Shown piece after piece: positions 18,168 through 26,806 of a stretch of 32,000 bases of DNA. Origin of the DNA: Halomicronema hongdechloris C2206 (GTDB taxonomy: Bacteria > Cyanobacteriota > Cyanobacteriia > Phormidesmidales > Phormidesmidaceae); contig NZ_CP021983.2 in the NCBI RefSeq assembly GCF_002075285.3, positions 1,140,001 to 1,172,000 on the forward strand. Reading direction: 5' to 3'. The notes under the pieces were generated by a model that saw only the letters and a program-made list of their open reading frames with translations, was not told where the DNA came from and ran no database searches. A program made the position numbers and the translations under genes. The stretch's first letter is position 1; each line of letters opens with the position of its first letter.

Positions 18168-18872
18168 ATGAGAGCAGCAACCCGTTTACAGAACCTGCTG
18201 ATCCCCGCACTTTTTATCGCTGCTTTTCTGATAATTTATATCACCTCGATAGAAGTTACTCTTAATCGAGGTGATAACCAGTTTGTGAATCGCGCCTGGA
18301 GCTGGAGTCAATATGGTATCGGCCTTTGGGCTTTTTTAGTTTTCCTCTGGAAAATCAACAAGGTAAAACAACACTATATTTGGGTTGGATTACTGTATGC
18401 GGCGATCAATCTGCTGGCATCTTATCAAGTGTGGGGTATTCTTCCTTTAGGCATTTGGTCGCAAACCACAATTATTTTTCTCTGCTTTGTGGCCACCTGT
18501 TTGCTGACGCAAAATCGGCGGCGTGTTCGATCCAGCCTTGTGGCATTTTCTCTCCAGAAGTTAATCCGCTCGGCGCTCATTGGCGTTGCCCTGAGTCTTC
18601 CCTTTGCGATCATTAATATTCTGCTATGGCAAATGAGTCGTTTATCCAGTGTGATGAGTTGGCAAAGTCCGCTACATGCTGCCAATCGATCTTTAATTGC
18701 CGGGATTTCTGAAGAGATTATCTTTCGCTTTTTTATCCTCTCCTTTTTCCTTCAAAGCCTTAGAAAGACTTTGCCTCGTAGATGGTTAGTGATGATAGCG
18801 TTCTTTTTTGGGATCGTACCCCTACGCAATAGGCGCACGACACTCACTGAACTTATTTCTGGACTTGATTGA
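18168..18872 (+). CDS. CPBP (CAAX/Abi) family intramembrane protease homolog, apparently C-terminally truncated
   Basis: Multi-TM protein with CPBP motif 1, SEEIIFRFF. The downstream FxxxH and HxxxN/D motifs are absent: the ORF ends ...AFFFGIVPLRNRR...GLD*, and the other frames hit stop codons. AT-richer than the flanking DNA. Confidence 0.6.
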   Translation: MRAATRLQNLLIPALFIAAFLIIYITSIEVTLNRGDNQFVNRAWSWSQYGIGLWAFLVFLWKINKVKQHYIWVGLLYAAINLLASYQVWGILPLGIWSQTTIIFLCFVATCLLTQNRRRVRSSLVAFSLQKLIRSALIGVALSLPFAIINILLWQMSRLSSVMSWQSPLHAANRSLIAGISEEIIFRFFILSFFLQSLRKTLPRRWLVMIAFFFGIVPLRNRRTTLTELISGLD

Positions 18873-19690
18873 TGTGCTCAATTTTCTCCCGAATTCTAGA
18901 TGGACAAGTCATTGTCGGTCGTAATTTCGACTGGATACAGTTGGGCGACAATCTTCACTTTGTGCCACCGACTCGGCTATATGGTCTAACAACCTACGGC
19001 CTGTTTCTGATTGAACAGTTCGGCAGCGATCGCCCCCTTGAGGGGATGAATTCCCAAGGACTGTTCATGGGTATGACCGGTATTCATGCCGACAACTTTT
19101 CACCTAGAAAACACAACGACTATCCGATTCGGTTGGACGAGTTTGGGGCCATGCGATTTGTACTGGAACGAGCCGCCACCACACCGCAAGCCGTTGCGAT
19201 CTTGGATCAGGCTGAGATTGTCCCCCACGGCGTTGAACCATATGTCAGACTACAGTATTTCATCGTGGATCGACACGGTGAGTTTTGCGTCATCGCAGGT
19301 CAAGAGCAAACAGTCCTGAAAAGGCTAGATGCCATCCCGTTCGCTGCTATTACCAATTTCCCGCTATCCCTCAGGGATAACGTCGTCTGTGACAGATTTG
19401 CGACGCTCCAGCGTGCCTTGCCGAGCGTCATCCATGTAAAGGAGGTAATGGCCTTGGTTGAAACCGTCTCTACCGAGTTAACCGTCTATTCATGCCTGTA
19501 TTCACTCACGCAACAGACGGTCAGTGTCTGCGTTGAGCGAGATTTTCAATCGATTCTCAACTTTAGTTTGGATCAGGAAATGGCTCAAGGGTACGGATTT
19601 TATAACTTTGGCCAGCTCAAACTGATGTCGCCCGATCGCAAAGATCGCTTCAAGGACGCGCAATATGAAGTCCAGCGCGGATTTGCATAG
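18872..19690 (+). CDS. Linear amide C-N hydrolase, choloylglycine hydrolase / penicillin V acylase (Ntn, C59) family
   Basis: N-terminal nucleophile arrangement M-C-S, then GRNFDW, EGMNSQGLF and AITNFP. ATG 18872 overlaps the stop codon (18870-18872) of the CPBP gene by one base. Confidence 0.8.
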   Translation: MCSIFSRILDGQVIVGRNFDWIQLGDNLHFVPPTRLYGLTTYGLFLIEQFGSDRPLEGMNSQGLFMGMTGIHADNFSPRKHNDYPIRLDEFGAMRFVLERAATTPQAVAILDQAEIVPHGVEPYVRLQYFIVDRHGEFCVIAGQEQTVLKRLDAIPFAAITNFPLSLRDNVVCDRFATLQRALPSVIHVKEVMALVETVSTELTVYSCLYSLTQQTVSVCVERDFQSILNFSLDQEMAQGYGFYNFGQLKLMSPDRKDRFKDAQYEVQRGFA

Positions 19691-19803
19691 CCGCTCACTA
19701 TTATTGTGGTGGAAACCCTGGAAAGGTGGTGCAGGCCCTCTTGCTAGAGTGGGTGGTCATTGCCACCTTGCATTATCAAGAGCGTGTGAGCGCTCCCTCT
19801 GAC

Positions 19804-20748
19804 TCAACGGGGATATCGCAGGGGATAGAAGGTGATGCCGTGGTGGCTCGTGATCGGGCCATGCTGCAGAAACCCTAGGCGGCGATAGACGGGCAAGGCA
19901 TAGGCAGAGGAATTGACCGTAATCGGCCCAGTAGTATGGTGCTTCACCATTTCGAATAACAGACGTCCGATGCCGCGATGGCGGCGGTGGCTGGCCACGA
20001 AGAATAGCTTAATGTGCTGTTGGGGCGTCACCTCGATCACCCCGACCAAGTTCTCCGCCTCTTCCGCCACCCAGATCTTGGCCCCTCGCTGCAACCGTTG
20101 GCGCAGAGAGTCTGGGGTAATGATTCGGGCTAGGGTTTGCTGTCCTTCGCTCGAGAGTTCTGGGTGCAAATCCCGAATAATCACGGCCATGACCAGTTGA
20201 TGAATGGCCTCGGCATCGGCTGGTATGGCAGAGCGGATCAAGGGCAAGGGATCTCGCCGCTCCCACCGCCAGATGGCACCGTCTTCGGGATGCTCTAAGC
20301 TGGCAACCCTGGCCATGCCCAGTTTTCGCAATACCCGGGTAGACGGATTTTCTTGGGGCAGCGTATGGGCCTGTACGCAGGTCACCTGGGCGGCAAAGGC
20401 CCGTTCCATGAGAATACGGGCCGCTTGAGTGGCAAACCCCTGCCGTTGATAGCTGGGGGCAATGGCATAGCCAATTTCGACAATGCCGTCGGCGTCAGGG
20501 TTGCCCTTATAGCCGCCATAGCCGATGACCAGACGGCTGTCGTTGAGAATGAATAAATGAGTCCACCAGCGGGGCCAGACCTTGCCTTCCACCAGGTGCC
20601 GCAGGGAAAATGCCAGTGCCGTAGTCGATAGGTTAATGTCGGGTGCGATCGCAAGGCCAAACTGATGAGTCAAGGCATCAGGACCTAACAGCAATGCCTG
20701 CAAGTGCTGAATAGCAGCCGGTTCAACCAAAAGCATAGACATGGGCAT
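19804..20748 (-). CDS. Tandem (two-domain) GNAT family N-acetyltransferase
   Basis: Domain 1: IGYGGYKGNPDADGIVEIGYAIAPSYQRQGFATQAARILMERAF...TRVLRKLGM. Domain 2: VGVIEVTPQQHIKLFFVASHRRHRGIGRLLFEMV...ALPVYRRLGF. Start is ambiguous (20748, 20742, 20736, or 20814 as in the ORF track). Confidence 0.75.
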   Translation of the reverse strand: MPMSMLLVEPAAIQHLQALLLGPDALTHQFGLAIAPDINLSTTALAFSLRHLVEGKVWPRWWTHLFILNDSRLVIGYGGYKGNPDADGIVEIGYAIAPSYQRQGFATQAARILMERAFAAQVTCVQAHTLPQENPSTRVLRKLGMARVASLEHPEDGAIWRWERRDPLPLIRSAIPADAEAIHQLVMAVIIRDLHPELSSEGQQTLARIITPDSLRQRLQRGAKIWVAEEAENLVGVIEVTPQQHIKLFFVASHRRHRGIGRLLFEMVKHHTTGPITVNSSAYALPVYRRLGFLQHGPITSHHGITFYPLRYPR

Positions 20749-20901
20749 CTGATGGCCGCAGCAATAGGCCGCAGCGATGGAAAGAGCTCTGCAGCAAGAG
20801 CCTATCAGTAGCATAGGTCAATTGGCCCAGGCCACACCCACGATGTTTAAGCAGGCGAGTCTACAGAAACAGCTATTTCTGCGGCAGAGTCCTAGGCGGC
20901 C

Positions 20902-21312
20902 TCACAGAGCTTCCACGGCCCTCTGAATAAAGGCATCCACCTCTATTTCCACCACCATTTCCGGGGTAATCAGGCGAGAGACTTCAACCATGGTGGCTGC
21001 CGGACGGATTTGACCAAAGACCTCACCATGGGCCTGCCCAATCGCCTGCCACTGAGCAATATCTGTCACATAGAGTCGGGTGCGCACCACATCAGTGAGG
21101 GCGGCCCCCACCTGCATCAGAGCCTGCTCCACATTGCTGAGGATTCGCAGCGTCTGGCCATAGCCATCTCCTGGCGCTACTATCCCACCTTGAGCATCGG
21201 TAGCAGTAGTTCCCGACACCCAGACATGGGGACCGATACGCACCGCCCGGGCATAGCCCACAGACGTTTCCCAGGGGGTGCCTGACGAGACAAGCTGACG
21301 ATCGAAGGGCAT
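20902..21312 (-). CDS. RidA/YjgF/UK114 family protein
   Basis: YARAVRIGPHVWVSGTTA...GDGYGQTLRILSNVEQAL...VVRTRLYVTD...PAATMVEVSRL...VVEIEVDA. Confidence 0.88.
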   Translation of the reverse strand: MPFDRQLVSSGTPWETSVGYARAVRIGPHVWVSGTTATDAQGGIVAPGDGYGQTLRILSNVEQALMQVGAALTDVVRTRLYVTDIAQWQAIGQAHGEVFGQIRPAATMVEVSRLITPEMVVEIEVDAFIQRAVEAL

Positions 21313-21333
21313 GGGTAGTGATCTCCTAATCCG

Positions 21334-21936
21334 TCATGGGGTCATCCACTGCTGCCAAACTGAATGTTGCAGGATATGCTGGGCCCACTCCTCATAGCCA
21401 GCCGCTTGGGGGTGGGCCCCATCCCCAGCCTGCACTTGCGTCATCCAGATGACGGATTGCTGTAGGGGCATAAACTCATCGATATAAGGAACTGACAGGT
21501 CTGCACAGAGGTCTTGCAGACCCTGACAAAGACGCTGGGTACGCTGGTTTTGAGCCGGGTCGGCAATCGCCGGCGGGCTGACCAGCAAGACCGGGGCCAG
21601 CGTGCGAGCAATACTGAGGATCTGGCGACTATGGGCCAGGGTATCAGCCAGATCGATACGCACCCGGCCCCGCTCCCAAGTGGTGTCATTGGTGCCAAAG
21701 CAGAAAACCAATCGATTATCGGCCCCGGGGGCAAAACGGCGAGTAGCCTCTCCCTGCCACCGCTGAGCCAAGGCCATGCTAGTTTCTCCCCGAATCCCCA
21801 AGTTGTAGTAAGTGATGGAGCGACCGGCAGCCGCTAGGGCCGCACAGACACGCCCAGTCCATCCGAGGCAGGTAGGGTCTCCGGTGCCGTTTACGAAGGA
21901 ATCTCCCAGGAAACAGATACGACTATCCTGACTCAT
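21334..21936 (-). CDS. SGNH/GDSL-like hydrolase
   Basis: Block I ICFLGDSFVNGTGD, block III FCFGTNDT, block V GDGAHP. Confidence 0.8.
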   Translation of the reverse strand: MSQDSRICFLGDSFVNGTGDPTCLGWTGRVCAALAAAGRSITYYNLGIRGETSMALAQRWQGEATRRFAPGADNRLVFCFGTNDTTWERGRVRIDLADTLAHSRQILSIARTLAPVLLVSPPAIADPAQNQRTQRLCQGLQDLCADLSVPYIDEFMPLQQSVIWMTQVQAGDGAHPQAAGYEEWAQHILQHSVWQQWMTP

Positions 21937-22454
21937 AGTGACCTGGCTATATCGTCACGCAACCGCTCTCGATATCAGGGCTAGACTCCCCCATGGTCAT
22001 AATGATGCTAGCTTTCGTGCCCCAATTTAGCCTATGGCCTCAGGGAATGACCATGGTTGGCTCATCTCAAGCACCGGCCAGGGAGGCCCCTAGGGCCTCC
22101 TCTCTCCTATCCCCGTCATGACGACTCTGCGCTTCAAGATGGGGGGTCTTGCTTTACTGAGAGGTTTACTGAGCAGTAAAATGCAGTGACCTGCCTTGGG
22201 CTGGGTTCTGACATCCGGACTCTGCACCAGATGGCCTGTTGCCTGGGAGAGGATCTTTGTTGTTGCAAGGAGACGACACCCCTTGTCCAAGTTCAGCCCC
22301 GGAGGTTTGCTTAACGGGAAACTCTAGATTCTAAGCTGGGCCGGGTATACAACTCAATAGTGCCAATACAAGCCTGCGGCGCGATTTCTCTTCTGTGCAA
22401 GAGACGGTACGGTGACAGCAGGCGTCTTTCCTGCGTGGACTCTTTGATTCTTGA

Positions 22455-23633
22455 ATGCATATCGCATGGCTTGGTAAAAAATCTCCGTTCTGCGGAAACG
22501 TCACCTATGGTCGAGAGATTACAAATGCCCTATTGGAACGAGGGCATCGGGTTACGTTTCTCCACTTTGCCCAATCTGCCGACGCCGAAACCGAACACCC
22601 TGACTGTGTAGAGGTGTCTCTACCCTTTTTATTCAAGTCTCAGATCCTGACAATTCCGTCGCCCAAATCAGGCAAGCTTTTAATCGAAGCCCTGCGGCAG
22701 CTACAGCCAGATCTGGTCCATGCCTCCCTAACGCTGTCCCCTTTGGACTTTCGTCTACCTGAGATCTGTGATCAGCTGGGGCTACCGTTGGTGGCGACGT
22801 TTCATCCCCCCTTCGACCGCAAGGTGCGCAGCCTCACCTCAGGCACCCAACACCTGACCTATCAACTCTATACTCCCTGTCTGGCTAATTTCGACCGGGT
22901 GATTGTGTTTTCAAACCTGCAGCGGGATTTGCTGGTGAAACTGGGCGTCCCGGAAGATACGGTGGCGGTGATTCCCAATGGGGTCGATCCGCAAAAGTAC
23001 TCACCAGGACCATCGACGATTAAATCAGAGGTCAACGCCGAGCAGTTGTTTGTTTATCAAGGGCGGGTGTCGCCGGAAAAGAATGTGGAAGCGCTGCTGA
23101 AGGGATGGCGGCAAGCCCGGCTTGGGTCCAGCTGTAAGCTGGTGATTGTCGGCAGTGGGCCCCTGACGGCTTCTTTGAAGATGTTTTACGGAGCCGAGGA
23201 CAATGTCACCTGGTTAGGCTTTGTCGCTGATGAGCAGCGTCGCATTGAGATTCTGCGGGGGGCCGATGGTTTCATTTTGCCGTCCTTGGTGGAAGGCCTA
23301 TCGTTATCCCTGTTGGAGGCCATGGCCTGTGGTGTGGCCTGCATTGCCACCGATGTGGGGGCCGATGGTGAAGTATTGGAAGGCGGGGCGGGCATTATTT
23401 TGGATCCCCAGCGGGTCTCGAGTCAGCTGCAGACGATTCTGCCGATCTGCCGAGATCAGCCGGAAATGCTCGATCTGCTGGGACGCAAGGCCCGCCAACG
23501 GGTGCTAGACCGCTACACCCTCAGTGATAATATTTCCCACTTGGAAGCGCTCTATACTGAGGTGGTGACACCGGTAACGCCTCCGGCAGCCCTGTTGACA
23601 CCGTTGAATCTTCCTAATGGCAGCAGTTCCTGA
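22455..23633 (+). CDS. Glycosyltransferase family 4 (GT-B, 'group 1')
   Basis: FVYQGRVSPEKN, GFILPSLVEGLSLSLLEAMACGVACIATDVGADGEV (E-x7-E region). Confidence 0.85.
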   Translation: MHIAWLGKKSPFCGNVTYGREITNALLERGHRVTFLHFAQSADAETEHPDCVEVSLPFLFKSQILTIPSPKSGKLLIEALRQLQPDLVHASLTLSPLDFRLPEICDQLGLPLVATFHPPFDRKVRSLTSGTQHLTYQLYTPCLANFDRVIVFSNLQRDLLVKLGVPEDTVAVIPNGVDPQKYSPGPSTIKSEVNAEQLFVYQGRVSPEKNVEALLKGWRQARLGSSCKLVIVGSGPLTASLKMFYGAEDNVTWLGFVADEQRRIEILRGADGFILPSLVEGLSLSLLEAMACGVACIATDVGADGEVLEGGAGIILDPQRVSSQLQTILPICRDQPEMLDLLGRKARQRVLDRYTLSDNISHLEALYTEVVTPVTPPAALLTPLNLPNGSSS

Positions 23634-23645
23634 CCGGTGACACGG

Positions 23646-26189
23646 CTATAAGACATCGGGGTGCCAGTTCTCCACCTTGAGGCCAGCATCAGCCTGGACG
23701 TAGGGCTTCAGCTGTACTGAGATGGGGGTTACATGCCAGATGTCCTGGCAGTATTCCCGAATAGCTCGATCCGACGAGAAATAGCCCATGCGGGCGCTAT
23801 TCAGAATCGACATACGGGTCCAGGTGTCGGTCTCACGAAACCGCTGGCCGACGGTATCTTGACAGTCGATGTAGGCAGAGTAATCGGCCAGTAACAGGTA
23901 GGGATCGTCATAGACGAGGGAGTCTACCAGGGGTTTAAACAGCTCCCGATTGCCATGGGAGAAGAAGCCGCTGTTGATCAGGTTGATGGCTTCTTTTAGG
24001 TCTGGGGTGCGATTGTAGTAGTCCCAGGGATTGTACCCGCTTTCCTGTAGCTGCTGCACTTCCTCAATGGTGAGGCCAAATAGGAAGAAGTTCTCGGCCC
24101 CGACGGCCTGGCGAATTTCCACGTTGGCCCCGTCTAGGGTGCCGATGGTGAGGGCGCCATTGAGGGAGAATTTCATGTTGCCGGTGCCAGAGGCTTCTTT
24201 ACCCGCCGTCGAGATCTGTTCGGATAAATCTGCCGCTGGATAAACTGGCTGGCTATTGGTGACGTTGTAGTCGGGCAGGAAGACAACTTTGATGCGATCG
24301 CACACCTGCGGATCATTGTTGACCACCTCAGCCACCGAGGTGATGACCTTAATCATCAGCTTGGCCATGATGTAGCCTGGGGCCGCCTTACCACCAAAGA
24401 TGAAGGTGCGGGGCACGATATCGATATCGGGGTTTCGGCGAATCCGATTATAGAGAGTAATGATGTGCAACACATTCAAGTGTTGCCGCTTATATTCATG
24501 GATGCGCTTCACTTGAATGTCGAACAGGGAATCGGGATTGATAGCAATATTGAGCGTTTGCTGGATATGATCTGCCAGATCCTGCTTCACCGCCCGCTTG
24601 ATTTGCCGCCACTGACGCTGAAACTCCCGATCCTCAGCATAGGCTTCCAACTGGCGCAGCTGCTCTAGCTGACAGACCCAATCAGTGCCAATATGCTCCG
24701 TGATCAATTGACTCAGGCGAGGATTACACAACAGTAGCCAGCGCCGGGGCGTCACCCCATTGGTCTTATTCTGAAATTTCTGGGGCCAGAGCTGATAAAA
24801 ATCCTTCAGCACCGTCTGCTTCAGCAGCTCCGAATGGAGCTCAGCAACCCCATTGATGGCATGGCTACCGACACAAGCCAAATGGGCCATGCGCACATAG
24901 CGCTCCCCCGACTCATCAATCAGGGATAACTGGGCCAGCTTCTGACTGTCACCGAGAAAGTGCACCCGGGCCTGATCCAAAAATCGCTGATTGATTTCAT
25001 AGATAATCTCCAGGTGCCGCGGCAGCAAACTGCCAAACAGAGGCAACGGCCATTTCTCTAAAGCCTCTGGCAACAGCGTATGATTCGTAAAGCCAAAGGT
25101 AGATTGGCTCACTTCCCAGGCGGCGTCCCAAGGCAATCGATGTTCATCCACCAACAGCCGCATCAGTTCCGCCACCGCCACCGCCGGATGGGTGTCATTG
25201 AGTTGGACCGCAAACTTCTGGTGAAACTGCCGCAGATCCCCACCGGCGCCCCGATGGAGGCGAATCATATCCTGCAGCGCACAGGAAACGAAGAAATACT
25301 GTTGCTCTAGGCGTAGTTGTTTGCCCTGCAAAGGCTCATCGTTGGGATAGAGCACCTTGGTCAGGTTCTCAGAATAGATCTTTTGATCGACGGCACCGTA
25401 ATAGTCTCCCTGGTTAAAGGCCTGAAAATTAAAGGATTCCGCCGCCTCTGCCCGCCACAGCCGCAGGGTATTGGTGGTATTGACGTAGTAGCCGACAATG
25501 GGGGTATCGTAGGGCACCCCCTTCACCACTCGAGCGGGGATCCAACGCACCCGATAGGCCCCCTCATCATCGGTGTAGGCCTCAGTGCGACCACCAAAAC
25601 GCACCATCACTGCCGACTCCGGCCGCGGGATCTCCCAAGGATTGCCGTACTGTAACCACTTATCGGTGACTTCCACTTGCCAGCCGTCCCGAAGCTCCTG
25701 ATCGAAGATGCCAAACTCATAGCGGATGCCATAGCCGATGGCGGGAATCTCTAGGGTGGCCAAGGATTCCATGTAGCAAGCCGCCAGCCGACCCAGACCG
25801 CCGTTGCCGAGGCCAGGTTCTTCCTCTTGGGCCAGCAAATCCTCTAGGGCCAAGCCAGAATCAGCCACGGCCTGGCGCACCAACTCCTCGATTCCTAGAT
25901 TGATCAGCTTAATGCCCAGGTGCGGTCCCAGTAAGAACTCCGCCGATAGATAGGCTACCACCCGCACCTCAGAGCGGCGATAGTTGCGGATGGTATTGAG
26001 CCAGCGAGGCATGAGCCGATCTCGTACCGTATTGGCCAGGGCCATATAGAAGTCGTTGAGGGTGGCGATTTCCGGCCACTTACCCTGCAAATAAAACAAG
26101 TTATCGGCGATGGCTCGGCGTAGCGTCTCAATGCCAAGGCCACTGCGATCGTCTTCCACCTGAATCGACTGTGTCTGCTCAGTTGTCAT
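23646..26189 (-). CDS. glgP: Glycogen/maltodextrin phosphorylase
   Basis: 847 aa with EPGLGNGGLGRLAAC, NDTHPAVAV, TNHTLLPEALEKW and the PLP-lysine motif EASGTGNMKFSLNGALTIGTLDGANVEI. Confidence 0.97.
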   Translation of the reverse strand: MTTEQTQSIQVEDDRSGLGIETLRRAIADNLFYLQGKWPEIATLNDFYMALANTVRDRLMPRWLNTIRNYRRSEVRVVAYLSAEFLLGPHLGIKLINLGIEELVRQAVADSGLALEDLLAQEEEPGLGNGGLGRLAACYMESLATLEIPAIGYGIRYEFGIFDQELRDGWQVEVTDKWLQYGNPWEIPRPESAVMVRFGGRTEAYTDDEGAYRVRWIPARVVKGVPYDTPIVGYYVNTTNTLRLWRAEAAESFNFQAFNQGDYYGAVDQKIYSENLTKVLYPNDEPLQGKQLRLEQQYFFVSCALQDMIRLHRGAGGDLRQFHQKFAVQLNDTHPAVAVAELMRLLVDEHRLPWDAAWEVSQSTFGFTNHTLLPEALEKWPLPLFGSLLPRHLEIIYEINQRFLDQARVHFLGDSQKLAQLSLIDESGERYVRMAHLACVGSHAINGVAELHSELLKQTVLKDFYQLWPQKFQNKTNGVTPRRWLLLCNPRLSQLITEHIGTDWVCQLEQLRQLEAYAEDREFQRQWRQIKRAVKQDLADHIQQTLNIAINPDSLFDIQVKRIHEYKRQHLNVLHIITLYNRIRRNPDIDIVPRTFIFGGKAAPGYIMAKLMIKVITSVAEVVNNDPQVCDRIKVVFLPDYNVTNSQPVYPAADLSEQISTAGKEASGTGNMKFSLNGALTIGTLDGANVEIRQAVGAENFFLFGLTIEEVQQLQESGYNPWDYYNRTPDLKEAINLINSGFFSHGNRELFKPLVDSLVYDDPYLLLADYSAYIDCQDTVGQRFRETDTWTRMSILNSARMGYFSSDRAIREYCQDIWHVTPISVQLKPYVQADAGLKVENWHPDVL

Positions 26190-26272
26190 GGAGGCCTCCT
26201 CGGGAATAATCGCCCCATTGGGAGTGTATCAAGGGAGGGGGGAGGACGGAGAGCGGAAATGGGGAGGTGGGG

Positions 26273-26335
26273 TGATGGGGTGATGGGGAGATGGGGAGGG
26301 AGGAAAAGTGAAGAGTGAAGAGTGAAGAGTGAAGG
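26273..26335. repeat. Short tandem purine-rich repeats (STRR-like): (WGATGGGG)x3 at 26273-26296 and (GTGAAGA)x~4 at 26308-26335
   Basis: Read directly: tgatggggtgatggggagatgggg ... gtgaagagtgaagagtgaagagtgaagg. A complementary pyrimidine-rich tract (ccactccctactcccccacttctccactcctctacctccc) lies at 26759-26799. Confidence 0.85.
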
Positions 26336-26485
26336 GGCAAGGAAAACGGGTAGCGTGGGTCGTTTTACTGAAGCGAGGGCGGTCATGACTGGTCAGGGAA
26401 GGACCCACGGGAAATGGTGGGAGGCGAGTAGCGAGTAAAGGGGGCAAGGTTTAAGGGGGCAGGGAACAGGAAAAAGCCCTTGCTT

Positions 26486-26571
26486 CCTTGCCGATGCGAC
26501 GCGATCTATTGCGCCTAACCGCAAATGAAATCCTGCGCCTTGCCGATGCGACGCGATCTTGCGCCTAACCG
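26486..26571. repeat. Direct repeat of ~35 nt, two copies (26486-26521 and 26538-26571)
   Basis: ccttgccgatgcgacgcgatctAttgcgcctaaccg versus ccttgccgatgcgacgcgatc-ttgcgcctaaccg. Identical apart from a 2-nt indel, with a 16-nt spacer. Confidence 0.85.
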
Positions 26572-26806
26572 ATAAGTCCTTCCGCAGGTCCAGGGCAGTA
26601 GTTCGACTTCGTTGCTCCTGCGGAGCCGCTTTGCGAACACTACAAGCGGTTTGCCCTGGTCGTAAGGGTCCGGGGGAAGCGAAATTCCCCCGGGTAAGGT
26701 CCCTGGTCGAGGAGATAAAGCGTGGTCTTATCGAGAGCCATCGCCACTGAGCGACACGCCCACTCCCTACTCCCCCACTTCTCCACTCCTCTACCTCCCG
26801 ACTCTC

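Noticed and set aside
22082-22100. GC hairpin ggaggccc-cta-gggcctcc in the SGNH/GT4 divergent intergenic region, considered as an orphan terminator or sRNA end. The 66-aa ORF 22090-22290(-) was also considered.
   Set aside because: No U-tract follows on either strand, the loop is only 3 nt, and no upstream promoter or gene was identified. The ORF has no start context or motif. It could be a protein-binding palindrome, but the evidence is too thin.
26486-26571. Possible CRISPR array, based on the ~35-nt direct repeat.
   Set aside because: There are only two copies, a 16-nt spacer that is far too short, no further repeats, and no cas genes in the window.
26596-26616. tRNA-like T-loop sequence (gtagTTCGActtcg).
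   Set aside because: The flanking bases do not form a 5-bp T-stem, and no acceptor, D or anticodon arms could be drawn. No other tRNA or rRNA signatures were seen in the window.
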